The notes beneath the pieces were generated by a model. That model ran no database searches. It saw nothing but the letters and a program-made list of their open reading frames with translations, and was not told where the DNA came from. Positions 28,160 to 37,203 of a stretch of DNA of 44,845 nt are shown here, in pieces. The translations under genes were made by a program, and so were the position numbers. The stretch spans positions 1 through 44,845 of the forward strand of contig DAOUTQ010000002.1 of NCBI GenBank assembly GCA_030668615.1, read 5' to 3'. The stretch comes from Bacteroidales bacterium. Its GTDB lineage: Bacteria; Bacteroidota; Bacteroidia; Bacteroidales; UBA12077. The number at the start of each line of letters is the position of its first letter. Positions within the stretch are counted from its first letter, which is position 1.

Positions 28160-28999
28160 ATGAAAACAATTTCTTTAACTTTCTTAACTTTTATCGTACT
28201 TTCTTTTTATAGTTCTGAGACAAATGCCCAGTTAAAAGACTCTATAAAATATGACATGGTAAATCCAATAATAACAAATCCACCTGAAGTATTAAACTTG
28301 AATCCTTTTTACAAAAAATATATTATTGCAAACGGAATTCATATAATTTCTTCGCAAAAAGTGCCTGATGAGGCTATATATGCCGCATACAAAACTATTT
28401 TATTTATGACAAATGGATTGCCAAAAGACATTTTAAATGAATTAATAATTCACAATACAAAAGTAGCCATAATGGCCAGGTATGAGGGAACCACAGATAT
28501 TCCTGAGCACACTTTTCTTTCAAACGACACTACTTTAAATTGGGATGTTAGAGCAAGAGGTTTAGGAGGAACAGTTGATCTACCTTTAACATCATGTGCC
28601 GAAGAAAATCTCTTATGCTACCAAATTGATAAATACCATGCTGAAGATATATTAATTCATGAATTTGCACACACTATTCATGGAGTAGGAATCTTACCCT
28701 TAAATGAGAAGTTTAATGAGCAATTGCAAGAATTACTTGATAAGGCAATTTCACAAGGGAAATATGAGAACACATATGCAGCAACAAATCTTTGGGAATA
28801 TTGGGCTGAAGGAGTTCAAAATTGGTTTAATGTAAACGCTGAAGTACCGGAACCTGATGGTAAACATAATGAAATAAATACAAGAGAAGAGATGAAAGAT
28901 TATGATCCTGCTTTATACGAATTAATTAGCAACTATTTTCCTGAAGTAGAATCAAGTCCTTCTTGCCATGCAAAAGAAAATAAATATGTTATCAACTAA
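28160..28999 (+). CDS. Secreted HExxH zinc-metallopeptidase-like protein, family not recognised
   Basis: Signal peptide (…SSETNAQ). HEFAHTIH motif with a downstream EYWAEGVQNWF (possible third-ligand Glu helix). Confidence 0.55.
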   Translation: MKTISLTFLTFIVLSFYSSETNAQLKDSIKYDMVNPIITNPPEVLNLNPFYKKYIIANGIHIISSQKVPDEAIYAAYKTILFMTNGLPKDILNELIIHNTKVAIMARYEGTTDIPEHTFLSNDTTLNWDVRARGLGGTVDLPLTSCAEENLLCYQIDKYHAEDILIHEFAHTIHGVGILPLNEKFNEQLQELLDKAISQGKYENTYAATNLWEYWAEGVQNWFNVNAEVPEPDGKHNEINTREEMKDYDPALYELISNYFPEVESSPSCHAKENKYVIN

Positions 29000-29127
29000 C
29001 TTAATAATTTTATAATAAGCAATCTGCATTCATGAATGGTTAAAGTATCAAATTTAAAGAAACGAAAATAACCTTTTTTCAATTAGACATATAAAAGTAC
29101 GAAATCGGTTTTACTGTACCTCCTGAA

Positions 29128-29982
29128 TTAGTATGTTGTTGTCATATTTTCATCAACACAAATAATAAAGTCGGCTTTACCTTTGTTTTCTTTCGTTAAC
29201 TGTGAAACATTTGCTTGCGAAACAGTAGAAATAGTTAAATAAATTAAATTAGGTTTGTCCTTTTTTAAATACCACAAAATTCCTTCGTAATTATCGGAAT
29301 GATAAGCCCCATTATAGTGAATGAATTTATTTCCTACTACGTAATTTTTAGAAATAAAATAAGCCATAGTTGCATCTTTAATTGCTTGTGCTTTGGGGAA
29401 GTTTTCTCCACCATGACCTCCCATCATTGTTAGCATATTTTTATAGCAAGGCAATTCAGGATCATATTCGATTGGTAAAGGTACAATCCATTCTTTCTCT
29501 AATTCAGTTAATGAATCTAAAGCTTCAAATCCATTTTTAAAAACCATACTTGCATACATTCTCGGTATATTTGTAGCTATAAATTTTTGCCCGTTGTTTT
29601 TTGCCATATCAACCAAAGGAGCATAATCCGTTTTATAGTTGGTCCATAAGCGTGCCAAAGAATCAAGCGCCTTATTATCTATACTATCCCTCAAGTAAAG
29701 GTTTAGTTCATCCTGATTATCGGCTTCAAACATTTCAGCGCCAAAAGTTAGATTTCCGTTTTTCACCAAATCAAGGCTTACTTCATATTGCAGCCAATGT
29801 GCAATCGGACTGTTATGTAATTCACCAAAAAGAATAATATCTGCTTCTTTAACAGATTTCATCATTTTCTGATAATTAACTTTCTTCCCTTTTGAATTAA
29901 ATATTTGATAAGCATTTTTGTTTTGGGAATAAGCGGTAATTATAATTATTTGCAAGATAAAAATTAAGTAAGTCTTTTTCAT
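29128..29982 (-). CDS. ChaN-family (haem/iron-associated, Tiki/erythromycin-esterase-like fold) lipoprotein
   Basis: Signal peptide. ADIILFGELHNSPIAHWLQ motif and later GAYH are characteristic of ChaN-like proteins as I recall them. Confidence 0.65.
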   Translation of the reverse strand: MKKTYLIFILQIIIITAYSQNKNAYQIFNSKGKKVNYQKMMKSVKEADIILFGELHNSPIAHWLQYEVSLDLVKNGNLTFGAEMFEADNQDELNLYLRDSIDNKALDSLARLWTNYKTDYAPLVDMAKNNGQKFIATNIPRMYASMVFKNGFEALDSLTELEKEWIVPLPIEYDPELPCYKNMLTMMGGHGGENFPKAQAIKDATMAYFISKNYVVGNKFIHYNGAYHSDNYEGILWYLKKDKPNLIYLTISTVSQANVSQLTKENKGKADFIICVDENMTTTY

Positions 29983-30043
29983 GGTATCTAATTTTACATT
30001 ACGAATAATATTATAAAACTAATAGTGCACATTACCATAATGA

Positions 30044-30742
30044 TTATGCGGAAATATTAAGAATTATTCCAACAGTCGGAATAGTTTCTATTTTAATTTT
30101 TGGTTCAGCCTGCAAATGCTTTCTTAACTTTGAAACAAACACATCAAGGCTACGACCAATAAAATAATCGGTTTCACCCCAAACAGCTTCCATTATTTCT
30201 TCGCGTGGCACGATATTGTTTTTTGATTTTGCCAGAATGGCAAGTACTTTACTTTCTTTTGATGTTAATCTTTTCGACTCATCCTTATACTTAAGCTCCT
30301 GATTCTGAACATCAAAAGTGTATTTACCAAGTTTGTAAATCAATTTATTTTCTTTCGATTCTTCAGGATTAACTCTGTTAAGAATAGATTGTATACGAAA
30401 TAGCAATTCATCTTCATCGAATGGTTTTGTAACATAATCATCAATGCCAATTCCAAAACCTTTCAATTTGTCTTCTTTCATGGAGCGCGCTGTAAGAAAA
30501 ATTACAGGCACCTTTTTATTCAACTTTCTTATTTCTTCAGCAAGTGTAAAACCATCCATTTTTGGTAGCATTACATCAAGAATACAGAAATCAAATAAAG
30601 AAGATGTAAATCCATTTAATGCAGAAACTCCATCACGATAGAGTTTTACAAAAAACCCGTTAGACTCAAGAAATTCAAGTAACAAAAAACCAAGATTTGT
30701 ATCATCCTCTACAAGTAATATTTTTATTTTTTGCTCTTCCAT
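30044..30742 (-). CDS. OmpR/PhoB-type response regulator
   Basis: Receiver domain (ILLVEDD..., phospho-acceptor context ILDVMLPKMDG, conserved K in YVTKPF) plus a winged-helix trans_reg_C domain (LTSKESKVL...VWG...RSLDVFVSKLRKHL). Confidence 0.9.
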   Translation of the reverse strand: MEEQKIKILLVEDDTNLGFLLLEFLESNGFFVKLYRDGVSALNGFTSSLFDFCILDVMLPKMDGFTLAEEIRKLNKKVPVIFLTARSMKEDKLKGFGIGIDDYVTKPFDEDELLFRIQSILNRVNPEESKENKLIYKLGKYTFDVQNQELKYKDESKRLTSKESKVLAILAKSKNNIVPREEIMEAVWGETDYFIGRSLDVFVSKLRKHLQAEPKIKIETIPTVGIILNISA

Positions 30743-30745
30743 TAT

Positions 30746-32005
30746 TTACAATTCATTGCAAAAAGGTAACTGAATAATAAACCGTGTTCCTTTCCCAATC
30801 TTACTTTTAACTTCAATTTTCCCGTTTGTGGATTCTATAATAGCTTTAACAGTTGACAAGCCAATGCCAAATCCTTTAACATTATGCAAATCTCCTGTTG
30901 GAACACGGAAATATTTTTCAAAAATCTGATTCATATATTCCTGCTGAATCCCAATTCCATTATCCTCTATTTCAATTATAATAAAATCATTTTTATTATA
31001 AGTTCTTATTTTAATTTCAGGAGCTTTATCACAATATTTTATAGCATTGTCAATCAAGTTAGAAATAGCGACCTGAAATTGTTCTGAATCAGTATTTACA
31101 TTACAACGATCCGATTGTTTATGATATTCAACACTTCCCTTAAGTTCCTGTAACTGTACCTGATATGAATCTACAGTACTCTTTATTATAGTGCAAACAT
31201 CCGTTTTGAAACATTCTGTAGAGTTTCCATTTTCAATGCGTGCAATATCGAGCAATCCTTCTACTCTGTTTTTTAGTCTCTTTTGTTCCGATTTAATAAT
31301 TTGCGCATACTGACTTAGTTTTTCATCCTCGATTACTTTCCCGCTTTTTGATATCATACTATTAGCCAGTGCAATATTCGTTATTGGCGTTTTAAACTCA
31401 TGTGTTATGTTATTAATAAAATCGCGTGTACTACGATACAACATTTTTTCACGTCGGTAATATTTTAATATCAATAAGAATGAAATACTTATTAGAATAA
31501 TTAGTACTATAGAACTAATAAACATTATACCAATCTGTGCTGCAATAAATTCACTTTTCTGTGGAAATTTAATTTTCAGTTCAACACCATTTTGTAGAAA
31601 TACACTTTCCAATTGGTCAGAAAAATAAGTCTTTTTACAAGCCTTGAAATCAGCATCTTTTTTTGTGTCTACAATATCGAATTCATATCCTGTATTCAGA
31701 TTATAATAATCAAGCGCAGTATTTACAATAGAATCTACCTTACTCCATTCTATCTGATTATACATTGTAGTATAGCATGAAGCTTTATCTCCCTTACTCA
31801 TACAACTTGCTACTTCGCTGCAAATAGACTCATCGTCGGAAAGTTGCTCAACTATTTTACTCATTGCCATTTTTACACTGTGACTAAATTGCTTTTCCTG
31901 AATATTAGCTGCATTAACAATCCACGAGATCTGAATTGCTACAAGAGCAACCAGGCTTATGAATGTAACAACAATTAAACTGATCTGTAGTTTATTCTTT
32001 TTCAC
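30746..32005 (-). CDS. Sensor histidine kinase (two TM segments, HisKA + HATPase_c)
   Basis: H-box HEFKTPITNI, N-box LIDNAIKY, G1 EDNGIGI, G2 GFGIGLS. Separated by only 3 nt from the response regulator. Confidence 0.9.
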   Translation of the reverse strand: MKKNKLQISLIVVTFISLVALVAIQISWIVNAANIQEKQFSHSVKMAMSKIVEQLSDDESICSEVASCMSKGDKASCYTTMYNQIEWSKVDSIVNTALDYYNLNTGYEFDIVDTKKDADFKACKKTYFSDQLESVFLQNGVELKIKFPQKSEFIAAQIGIMFISSIVLIILISISFLLILKYYRREKMLYRSTRDFINNITHEFKTPITNIALANSMISKSGKVIEDEKLSQYAQIIKSEQKRLKNRVEGLLDIARIENGNSTECFKTDVCTIIKSTVDSYQVQLQELKGSVEYHKQSDRCNVNTDSEQFQVAISNLIDNAIKYCDKAPEIKIRTYNKNDFIIIEIEDNGIGIQQEYMNQIFEKYFRVPTGDLHNVKGFGIGLSTVKAIIESTNGKIEVKSKIGKGTRFIIQLPFCNEL

Positions 32006-32140
32006 AATACAAATTTAACCAGAAAATGTATGACTTATACTATTTTAACATCGCGTTAACACGAATTAACTTCGGTATAACTTAAACCTAAACTTGCTAT
32101 AAGTATTTTTGTTACAGATTAATTATTTAAAAAAATTGTT

Positions 32141-32353
32141 ATGAAAAAATTAGTAGTAGTATTATCAGGAATAGCATTTATTACTCTTTTAACTTTGTCA
32201 GTTAATGCTCAGGATCCACAGAAAAAAGCTACGGAGACAAAAGCGAAAACAGAAAAGTGTGATAAAGAAAAATCTAAATGTTGCCCAAAATCTTGTGATA
32301 AAAAAGCAGAAGCAACAAAAAAGACTGAAGAAAAAAAGAAAGAAAAGAAGTAA
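32141..32353 (+). CDS. Small secreted Lys-rich, 4-Cys protein (hypothetical)
   Basis: Clear signal peptide (MKKLVVVLSGIAFITLLTLSVNAQD). The 46-aa mature part contains CDKEKSKCCPKSCDKK. Followed by a good terminator. Low-complexity composition lowers coding confidence. Confidence 0.55.
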   Translation: MKKLVVVLSGIAFITLLTLSVNAQDPQKKATETKAKTEKCDKEKSKCCPKSCDKKAEATKKTEEKKKEKK

Positions 32354-32385
32354 TTCTTTTAGTTGTAAATAGGTTAATAAATCAG

Positions 32386-32413
32386 AGCCGGCTTTTAAGT
32401 CGGCTTTTTTTTT
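32386..32413 (+). terminator. Rho-independent terminator
   Basis: 7-bp stem AGCCGGC/GTCGGCT (one G-U pair), 6-nt loop, T9 run. Confidence 0.7.
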
Positions 32414-32527
32414 AATATCCGGCAAATAAATTAACTTGCATTAAAGAACTTTACAAATACCATAGAGGTTGCATCTGGACCATTCTTTATGTAACTTTAT
32501 GCATAAATAATTTAATAACAAACTCCT

Positions 32528-33376
32528 TTGAACAATCAGAATAAGTCTCTTAAGAACTCACTCAAGGAAGAATCAGGACGATTGTTCATGATCAGTTTTG
32601 GAGTTTTTCTTTTTATCCTGTTTTTTCAGCCTTTTCCTCTTGAGATGCTAAACTACAACGATCGTTTATTGTACGTTGCAGGATTTGGAGGAATTACTTT
32701 TTTATCGGCTTGTATTATTCTAATTGTGATGCCATTATCGAATGCAAAATGGTTTAAAACAAGTGATTGGGAAAGTGGACCACCTTTTATATTAAGCACC
32801 TTTCAACTTTTGATTAATGCGACAGCTTTTGGTTTTTATATCAGATTTGTAGGTAAAAGTCCATTATCACTTTATATTATGTTTAAAGTGGGTTTAGTTT
32901 GTCTTTTACCTGTTTTAATTTTAGTAATTCTTTATAAAAACAAATCCTTGGAACGCGTAATTGTGTTTTTACAAAAACAAAATAAAAGCTACATTACAAA
33001 AATAAGGGAAATCGAAGAGAACGGAGGAGACAAAGAGATAACTATCTATTCAGGGAATAAAGCCGAAAAGTTAAGTTTAAAATATAAAGATATTATTTTC
33101 ATAAAATCTGCCGATAATTACATTGAAGTTCATTACCTCGAGAATGAATCAGTTGAAAAGAAACTAATTAGAAATACCCTTAAAGATATTGAGTCACAAT
33201 TTAATCATCATAGTAATTTTATACGTTGTCATCGTACCAGTGTTGTGAATATTGCATTTGCTGAGAAATTAACACGAGACTACAGCGGCTACAACTTAAT
33301 TATGAGCAAGTTGCAGGGCAACATCCCTGTTTCAAGACAATATCTGATAATAGTTAAAGAAGCTCTTTCTAACTAA
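32528..33376 (+). CDS. Membrane-anchored LytTR-domain DNA-binding protein (no receiver domain)
   Basis: About 4 TM helices in the N-terminal 140 aa. The C-terminal LytTR domain has the pattern IIFIKSADNYIEVHY...RCHRTSVVNI...IPVSRQY. TTG start in the ORF track; alternative ATG at 32588. Confidence 0.8.
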   Translation: MNNQNKSLKNSLKEESGRLFMISFGVFLFILFFQPFPLEMLNYNDRLLYVAGFGGITFLSACIILIVMPLSNAKWFKTSDWESGPPFILSTFQLLINATAFGFYIRFVGKSPLSLYIMFKVGLVCLLPVLILVILYKNKSLERVIVFLQKQNKSYITKIREIEENGGDKEITIYSGNKAEKLSLKYKDIIFIKSADNYIEVHYLENESVEKKLIRNTLKDIESQFNHHSNFIRCHRTSVVNIAFAEKLTRDYSGYNLIMSKLQGNIPVSRQYLIIVKEALSN

Positions 33377-33384
33377 AAATAGCC

Positions 33385-33419
33385 GTGTAATTCACCACTA
33401 ATTTTGTGTTAACCGCCAC
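33385..33419 (+). promoter_or_regulatory. Imperfect 14-nt direct repeat at 21-bp phasing (candidate LytTR operator)
   Basis: GTGTAATTCACCAC (33385..33398) and GTGTTAACCGCCAC (33406..33419): 10/14 identical, start-to-start 21 bp. Located between the LytTR gene and the methyltransferase gene. Confidence 0.3.
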
Positions 33420-33520
33420 AATAATTCCTTGTTCTCCCCAAGAAAACTGTATTCCAGCCCATATATTTTTTTTAACCTTCTTATCGTTTTATATTACCGG
33501 CTAACCTAATAAAAACTTAC

Positions 33521-34327
33521 ATGGCAAATATTGTTGATGATTATTGCGAATTCCCTGTTGCCCTTCGCAGACCAATGTGGAGAATATGGCATAATTTACT
33601 TATCCGTTTTGATAAAGATGTTAGTGCTAATTTTATGAATTATGGCTATGCAGGTCTTAATGGAGATAAACCCATTGAACTGGAAAAGAAGGATGAAATA
33701 AACAGGTATTGTATTCAACTATACGATCATGTTGTACGTGATGTAAAGCTTGAAAACAAGAGCGTATTAGAAGTTGGATCAGGAAGAGGTGGCGGTGCTC
33801 ATTATATTTCTCGATACTATAAGACAAAAAAATATACGGGAGTTGATATTTCTTCCAGTGTAATAAATTTCTGTAATAGATTTTACAATACTCCGGGTTT
33901 ATCATTTAAGCAAGGTGTTGCTGAAGATATTCCTTTCGAAGCAGGAACTTATGATGCCGTTGTAAATGTTGAATCGGCAAGGTGTTACAGAGATGTTAAA
34001 GTTTTCTTCAGAGAAGTACACCGTGTATTAAGTCCCGATGGACATTTTCTATTTGCTGATATGATAGAAACTGAAAAAGTTGAAGGAATCCGTAAGGATC
34101 TGGAGAGTTGTGGATTTAAAATTCATAGCGAGCTTGAAATTACAAAAAATGTTGCAAGAGGACTTGAACTGGATACAGAACGCAGAGAAACACTTATTGA
34201 TAAAAAAGTTCCAGGATTATTGAGAAAATCGTTTAAAAAGTTTGCTGGAACGAAAGGATCAACACGTTTCGACTCATTTAATAACGGTCAGTATCAATAT
34301 ATGAGTTTTGTATTAAATAAAAATTAA
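33521..34327 (+). CDS. Class I SAM-dependent methyltransferase
   Basis: Motif I VLEVGSGRGGGA, post-I GVDIS, motif II/III region AVVNVES...LSPDGHFLFAD. 268 aa. Confidence 0.85.
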   Translation: MANIVDDYCEFPVALRRPMWRIWHNLLIRFDKDVSANFMNYGYAGLNGDKPIELEKKDEINRYCIQLYDHVVRDVKLENKSVLEVGSGRGGGAHYISRYYKTKKYTGVDISSSVINFCNRFYNTPGLSFKQGVAEDIPFEAGTYDAVVNVESARCYRDVKVFFREVHRVLSPDGHFLFADMIETEKVEGIRKDLESCGFKIHSELEITKNVARGLELDTERRETLIDKKVPGLLRKSFKKFAGTKGSTRFDSFNNGQYQYMSFVLNKN

Positions 34328-34405
34328 GGATATTAGCTTCTAAACATACTCTTACACCGAATGATTTAAGAATTTGGTGAACTTTATTCTTCTAAAAATG
34401 TTTCC

Positions 34406-34438
34406 AAAATGCATCCACATAATATAAGGATGCATTTT
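34406..34438 (+). terminator. 11-bp perfect hairpin between methyltransferase and desaturase (terminator/attenuator candidate)
   Basis: AAAATGCATCC (34406..34416) / GGATGCATTTT (34428..34438) with an 11-nt loop. The 3' arm ends in TTTT followed by GTAATTT. Confidence 0.5.
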
Positions 34439-34479
34439 GTAATTTATGAGCAGATAACATTTTTACAATAAAGAAGACT

Positions 34480-35568
34480 ATGGAACAAAATACTATACGA
34501 TTTACCGCTCAAGAGAAAAAAGAATTTGTTATTGAATTAAGAGCAAAAGTTGCAGATTACTTTAAAGTAAATAAAATCTCAGAATATGGGAATTTTAGCC
34601 TTATATTCAAAACTGTTTTTATGCTTATTCTTTATTTTGCTCCGTACACTCTAATGCTCACCGGAGTATTTAATTCTTTCGCAGGAGTACTATTAAGTTG
34701 GATAGTTATGGGATTAGGAATGGCAGGTGTTGGAATGGGTGTTATGCACGATGCAAACCATCGATCCTTTTCTAAGAAAAAGGTTGTGAATAAATGGCTG
34801 GAAAATTCGTTATACTTACTTGGTGGTTCACCGTTTACATGGCAACATCAGCATAATACACTACATCATGGTTATACCAATGTTGAAGGTTATGATGAAG
34901 ATATTGATCCTGCAACACTTTTACGTTTTTCTCCTCACAAACCATTATTAAAAATCCATAAATTTCAATATATATATGCTTGGTTTTTTTACGGATTAAT
35001 GACCCTTTTATGGGTTACTACCAAAGACTTTAAACAGTTAAAAAGATACAAAAACAACAAAGTGCCATTAAGCAATAAGTTTTCTTACAATCAATTGTTT
35101 ATGAGTCTTATTATATCTAAAGTGCTTTATTATGTGGCTTTTATGATAGTACCTATGCTAATTTTACCATTTGCATGGTATTGGATTGTAGTCTTTTTTA
35201 TTGCTATGCATTTTACTTGCGGATTTATTCTTACCATAATATTTCAAACGGCACACGTTGTACCAACTTCAAAATACCCTTTGCCTGACGAAAATGGTAC
35301 TATGGAAAATAACTGGGCAGTACATCAGCTTTTTACAACATCTGATTTTGCTCCAAAAAGTAGAATTTTCTCCTGGTTTATTGGTGGTCTAAATCATCAA
35401 GTTGAACATCACTTATTTCCAAATATCAGTCATATTCATTATCATAAAATATCAAAACTGGTAAAAGAAATTGCACATAAGTATAATTTACCTTATCATG
35501 TTCAACCCGGATTCCTAAAAGCCTTGCTAGAGCATGGCAGAATGCTAAAGCAACTGGGAAAATCTTAA
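34480..35568 (+). CDS. Membrane fatty-acid desaturase family protein (three His boxes)
   Basis: His boxes HDANH, HNTLHH and HQVEHH with the expected spacing and four or more TM helices. No fused cytochrome b5 domain. Confidence 0.85.
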   Translation: MEQNTIRFTAQEKKEFVIELRAKVADYFKVNKISEYGNFSLIFKTVFMLILYFAPYTLMLTGVFNSFAGVLLSWIVMGLGMAGVGMGVMHDANHRSFSKKKVVNKWLENSLYLLGGSPFTWQHQHNTLHHGYTNVEGYDEDIDPATLLRFSPHKPLLKIHKFQYIYAWFFYGLMTLLWVTTKDFKQLKRYKNNKVPLSNKFSYNQLFMSLIISKVLYYVAFMIVPMLILPFAWYWIVVFFIAMHFTCGFILTIIFQTAHVVPTSKYPLPDENGTMENNWAVHQLFTTSDFAPKSRIFSWFIGGLNHQVEHHLFPNISHIHYHKISKLVKEIAHKYNLPYHVQPGFLKALLEHGRMLKQLGKS

Positions 35569-35680
35569 GGTTTCTTATTTACTCTTTCTTAATCCATTTA
35601 AAAAAAATTGCAAAATTCATAGACACGAGCTTAAGATTCTTAGATCTGAATTTTTTAAAATTAAAGTCCTTTAAATTAGA

Positions 35681-35688
35681 TATCTTTG
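35681..35688 (+). promoter_or_regulatory. Candidate -7 promoter box for the DEAD-box helicase gene
   Basis: TATCTTTG matches TAnnTTTG, 29 nt upstream of the ATG at 35717. Confidence 0.45.
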
Positions 35689-35716
35689 CAACTTAAAATA
35701 TTACACAAAATACTTA

Positions 35717-36916
35717 ATGAAGTTTACTGAATTTAAATTAAATGACAATGTGCTTGAAGCTATCTCGTACATGGGTTTTGATGAGGCTACACCAATACAG
35801 GCAATGGCCATACCTGAAATAATAAAAAATAACGATCTTGTTGCCTGCGCACAGACAGGAACTGGTAAAACAGCAGCATTTATTCTTCCGATTTTAGATA
35901 AACTTACTGGAAAAACAGAAACTTCGGTAAGTACTTTAATAATTGTACCTACTCGTGAGCTTGCCCTGCAAATTGATCAGCAGATTCAGGGTTTTTCTTA
36001 TTTTGTAAATGTAAGCTCCTGCCCTGTTTATGGTGGCGGTGATGGTGCCGATTTCGAAACAGAACGTAATGCACTTTTGGGTAATGCAGATATTATTGTA
36101 GCTACTCCAGGAAAGCTTATTTCTCATTTAAAAATGGGTTATGTTAAGTTTGATAAAATCAAATATTTAATATTAGACGAAGCCGATAAAATGCTAGATA
36201 TGGGTTTTTTTGAAGATATTCAAAAAATCATATCATACATACCTAAAAAAAGGCAAACACTCATGTTTAGTGCTACAATGCCTCCTAAAATACGAACACT
36301 TGCCAGCCAGATTCTTAAAAATCCAAAAGAAATTAGCATTGAACTCTCCAAACCTGCCGAAGGTGTTTTACAAGCCTCATACCTGGTTTATGATGAGCAG
36401 AAATCTGATTTGATTAAATACCTAATTACGAACAAGCCTGAATACGATAGTATTTTGATTTTTACATCTACTAAAAGCAATGTATTTAAAATTGTCAGAA
36501 AATTAAAAGGAAAAGATTATAGTATTGAGGGAATATCTTCGGATTTGGAACAGCAGGAGCGTGAAGAGGTCCTTTCTCGTTTTCGTTCAAAACGAACACG
36601 TGTATTAGTAGCTACCGATGTTATCAGTCGTGGAATTGATATTAAAGATATTAACCTTGTTATTAATTATGATGTGCCTCATGATGCTGAAGATTATGTG
36701 CATCGTGTAGGACGAACTGCGCGTGCAAAAACAACAGGTATAGCTCTAACTCTTATTAACGAAGACGATATGCTAAAGTTTAAGCGTATCGAAGAACTTA
36801 TTGAACGCGACATAATAAAAATGCCTGTTCCTCCTGAAGTTGGTGAAAGTCCGGTTTGGAATCCAAAACCTATCCACAAGTACAAAAAACGACCTTACAA
36901 GAAAAAACGAAAATAA
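35717..36916 (+). CDS. DEAD-box ATP-dependent RNA helicase (RhlE-like) with basic C-terminal tail
   Basis: Q motif (F..ATPIQ), motif I AQTGTGKT, motif II DEAD, motif III SAT, motif VI HRVGRTAR. Tail HKYKKRPYKKKRK. Confidence 0.95.
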   Translation: MKFTEFKLNDNVLEAISYMGFDEATPIQAMAIPEIIKNNDLVACAQTGTGKTAAFILPILDKLTGKTETSVSTLIIVPTRELALQIDQQIQGFSYFVNVSSCPVYGGGDGADFETERNALLGNADIIVATPGKLISHLKMGYVKFDKIKYLILDEADKMLDMGFFEDIQKIISYIPKKRQTLMFSATMPPKIRTLASQILKNPKEISIELSKPAEGVLQASYLVYDEQKSDLIKYLITNKPEYDSILIFTSTKSNVFKIVRKLKGKDYSIEGISSDLEQQEREEVLSRFRSKRTRVLVATDVISRGIDIKDINLVINYDVPHDAEDYVHRVGRTARAKTTGIALTLINEDDMLKFKRIEELIERDIIKMPVPPEVGESPVWNPKPIHKYKKRPYKKKRK

Positions 36917-36946
36917 AAAAAGCCTGTCAAAATTGACAGGCTTTTT
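36915..36946. terminator. Bidirectional Rho-independent terminator (helicase on plus, csp on minus)
   Basis: AGCCTGTCA/TGACAGGCT 9-bp perfect stem, 4-nt loop, A-run upstream, T-run downstream. Confidence 0.85.
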
Positions 36947-36973
36947 AGTATTGTGTAAGTGAAAGCGTAAATA

Positions 36974-37165
36974 TTATATTACTCTAACATTTACTGCGTT
37001 CAATCCTTTTTTACCTTCTGTTAATTCGAATTCTACTGTATCACCTTCGTTAATCTCGTCGATCAAACCTGATACGTGTACGAAATGTTCTTTGTTTGTG
37101 TCGTCTTCACTTATGAATCCAAATCCTTTAGATTCGTTGAAGAATTTTACTGTACCTTTGTTCAT
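36974..37165 (-). CDS. Cold-shock protein (CspA family), copy 1
   Basis: 63 aa. RNP-1 KGFGFI and RNP-2-like FVHVS motifs; GTVKFFN start. Confidence 0.95.
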   Translation of the reverse strand: MNKGTVKFFNESKGFGFISEDDTNKEHFVHVSGLIDEINEGDTVEFELTEGKKGLNAVNVRVI

Positions 37166-37195
37166 TATTAAATATTTAAAAAATTAATTAAAGCG

Positions 37196-37203
37196 CAAAG
37201 TTA
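37196..37203 (-). promoter_or_regulatory. Candidate promoter of csp copy 1 (-7 box TAACTTTG; possible -33 TTTG at 37223..37226)
   Basis: Plus-strand CAAAGTTA lies 30 nt upstream of the ATG. CAAA sits 19 nt further upstream, matching the TTTG-N19-21-TAnnTTTG layout described for Bacteroides promoters. The same CAAAGTTAG box recurs at 40258 and 41561. Confidence 0.5.

Noticed and set aside
29027-29038. 12-bp perfect palindromes CATTCATGAATG (29027..29038) and AATGTTAACATT (41727..41738) as operator sites.
   Set aside because: Short AT-rich palindromes are expected by chance in DNA of this composition, and there is no second copy or adjacent regulator to tie them to. They are noted only as possibilities.
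32198-32425. 75-aa antisense ORF opposite the small Lys-rich gene.
   Set aside because: It is the mirror translation of an A/G-rich low-complexity stretch (Phe/Leu-rich). It has no signal features and runs through the terminator hairpin.
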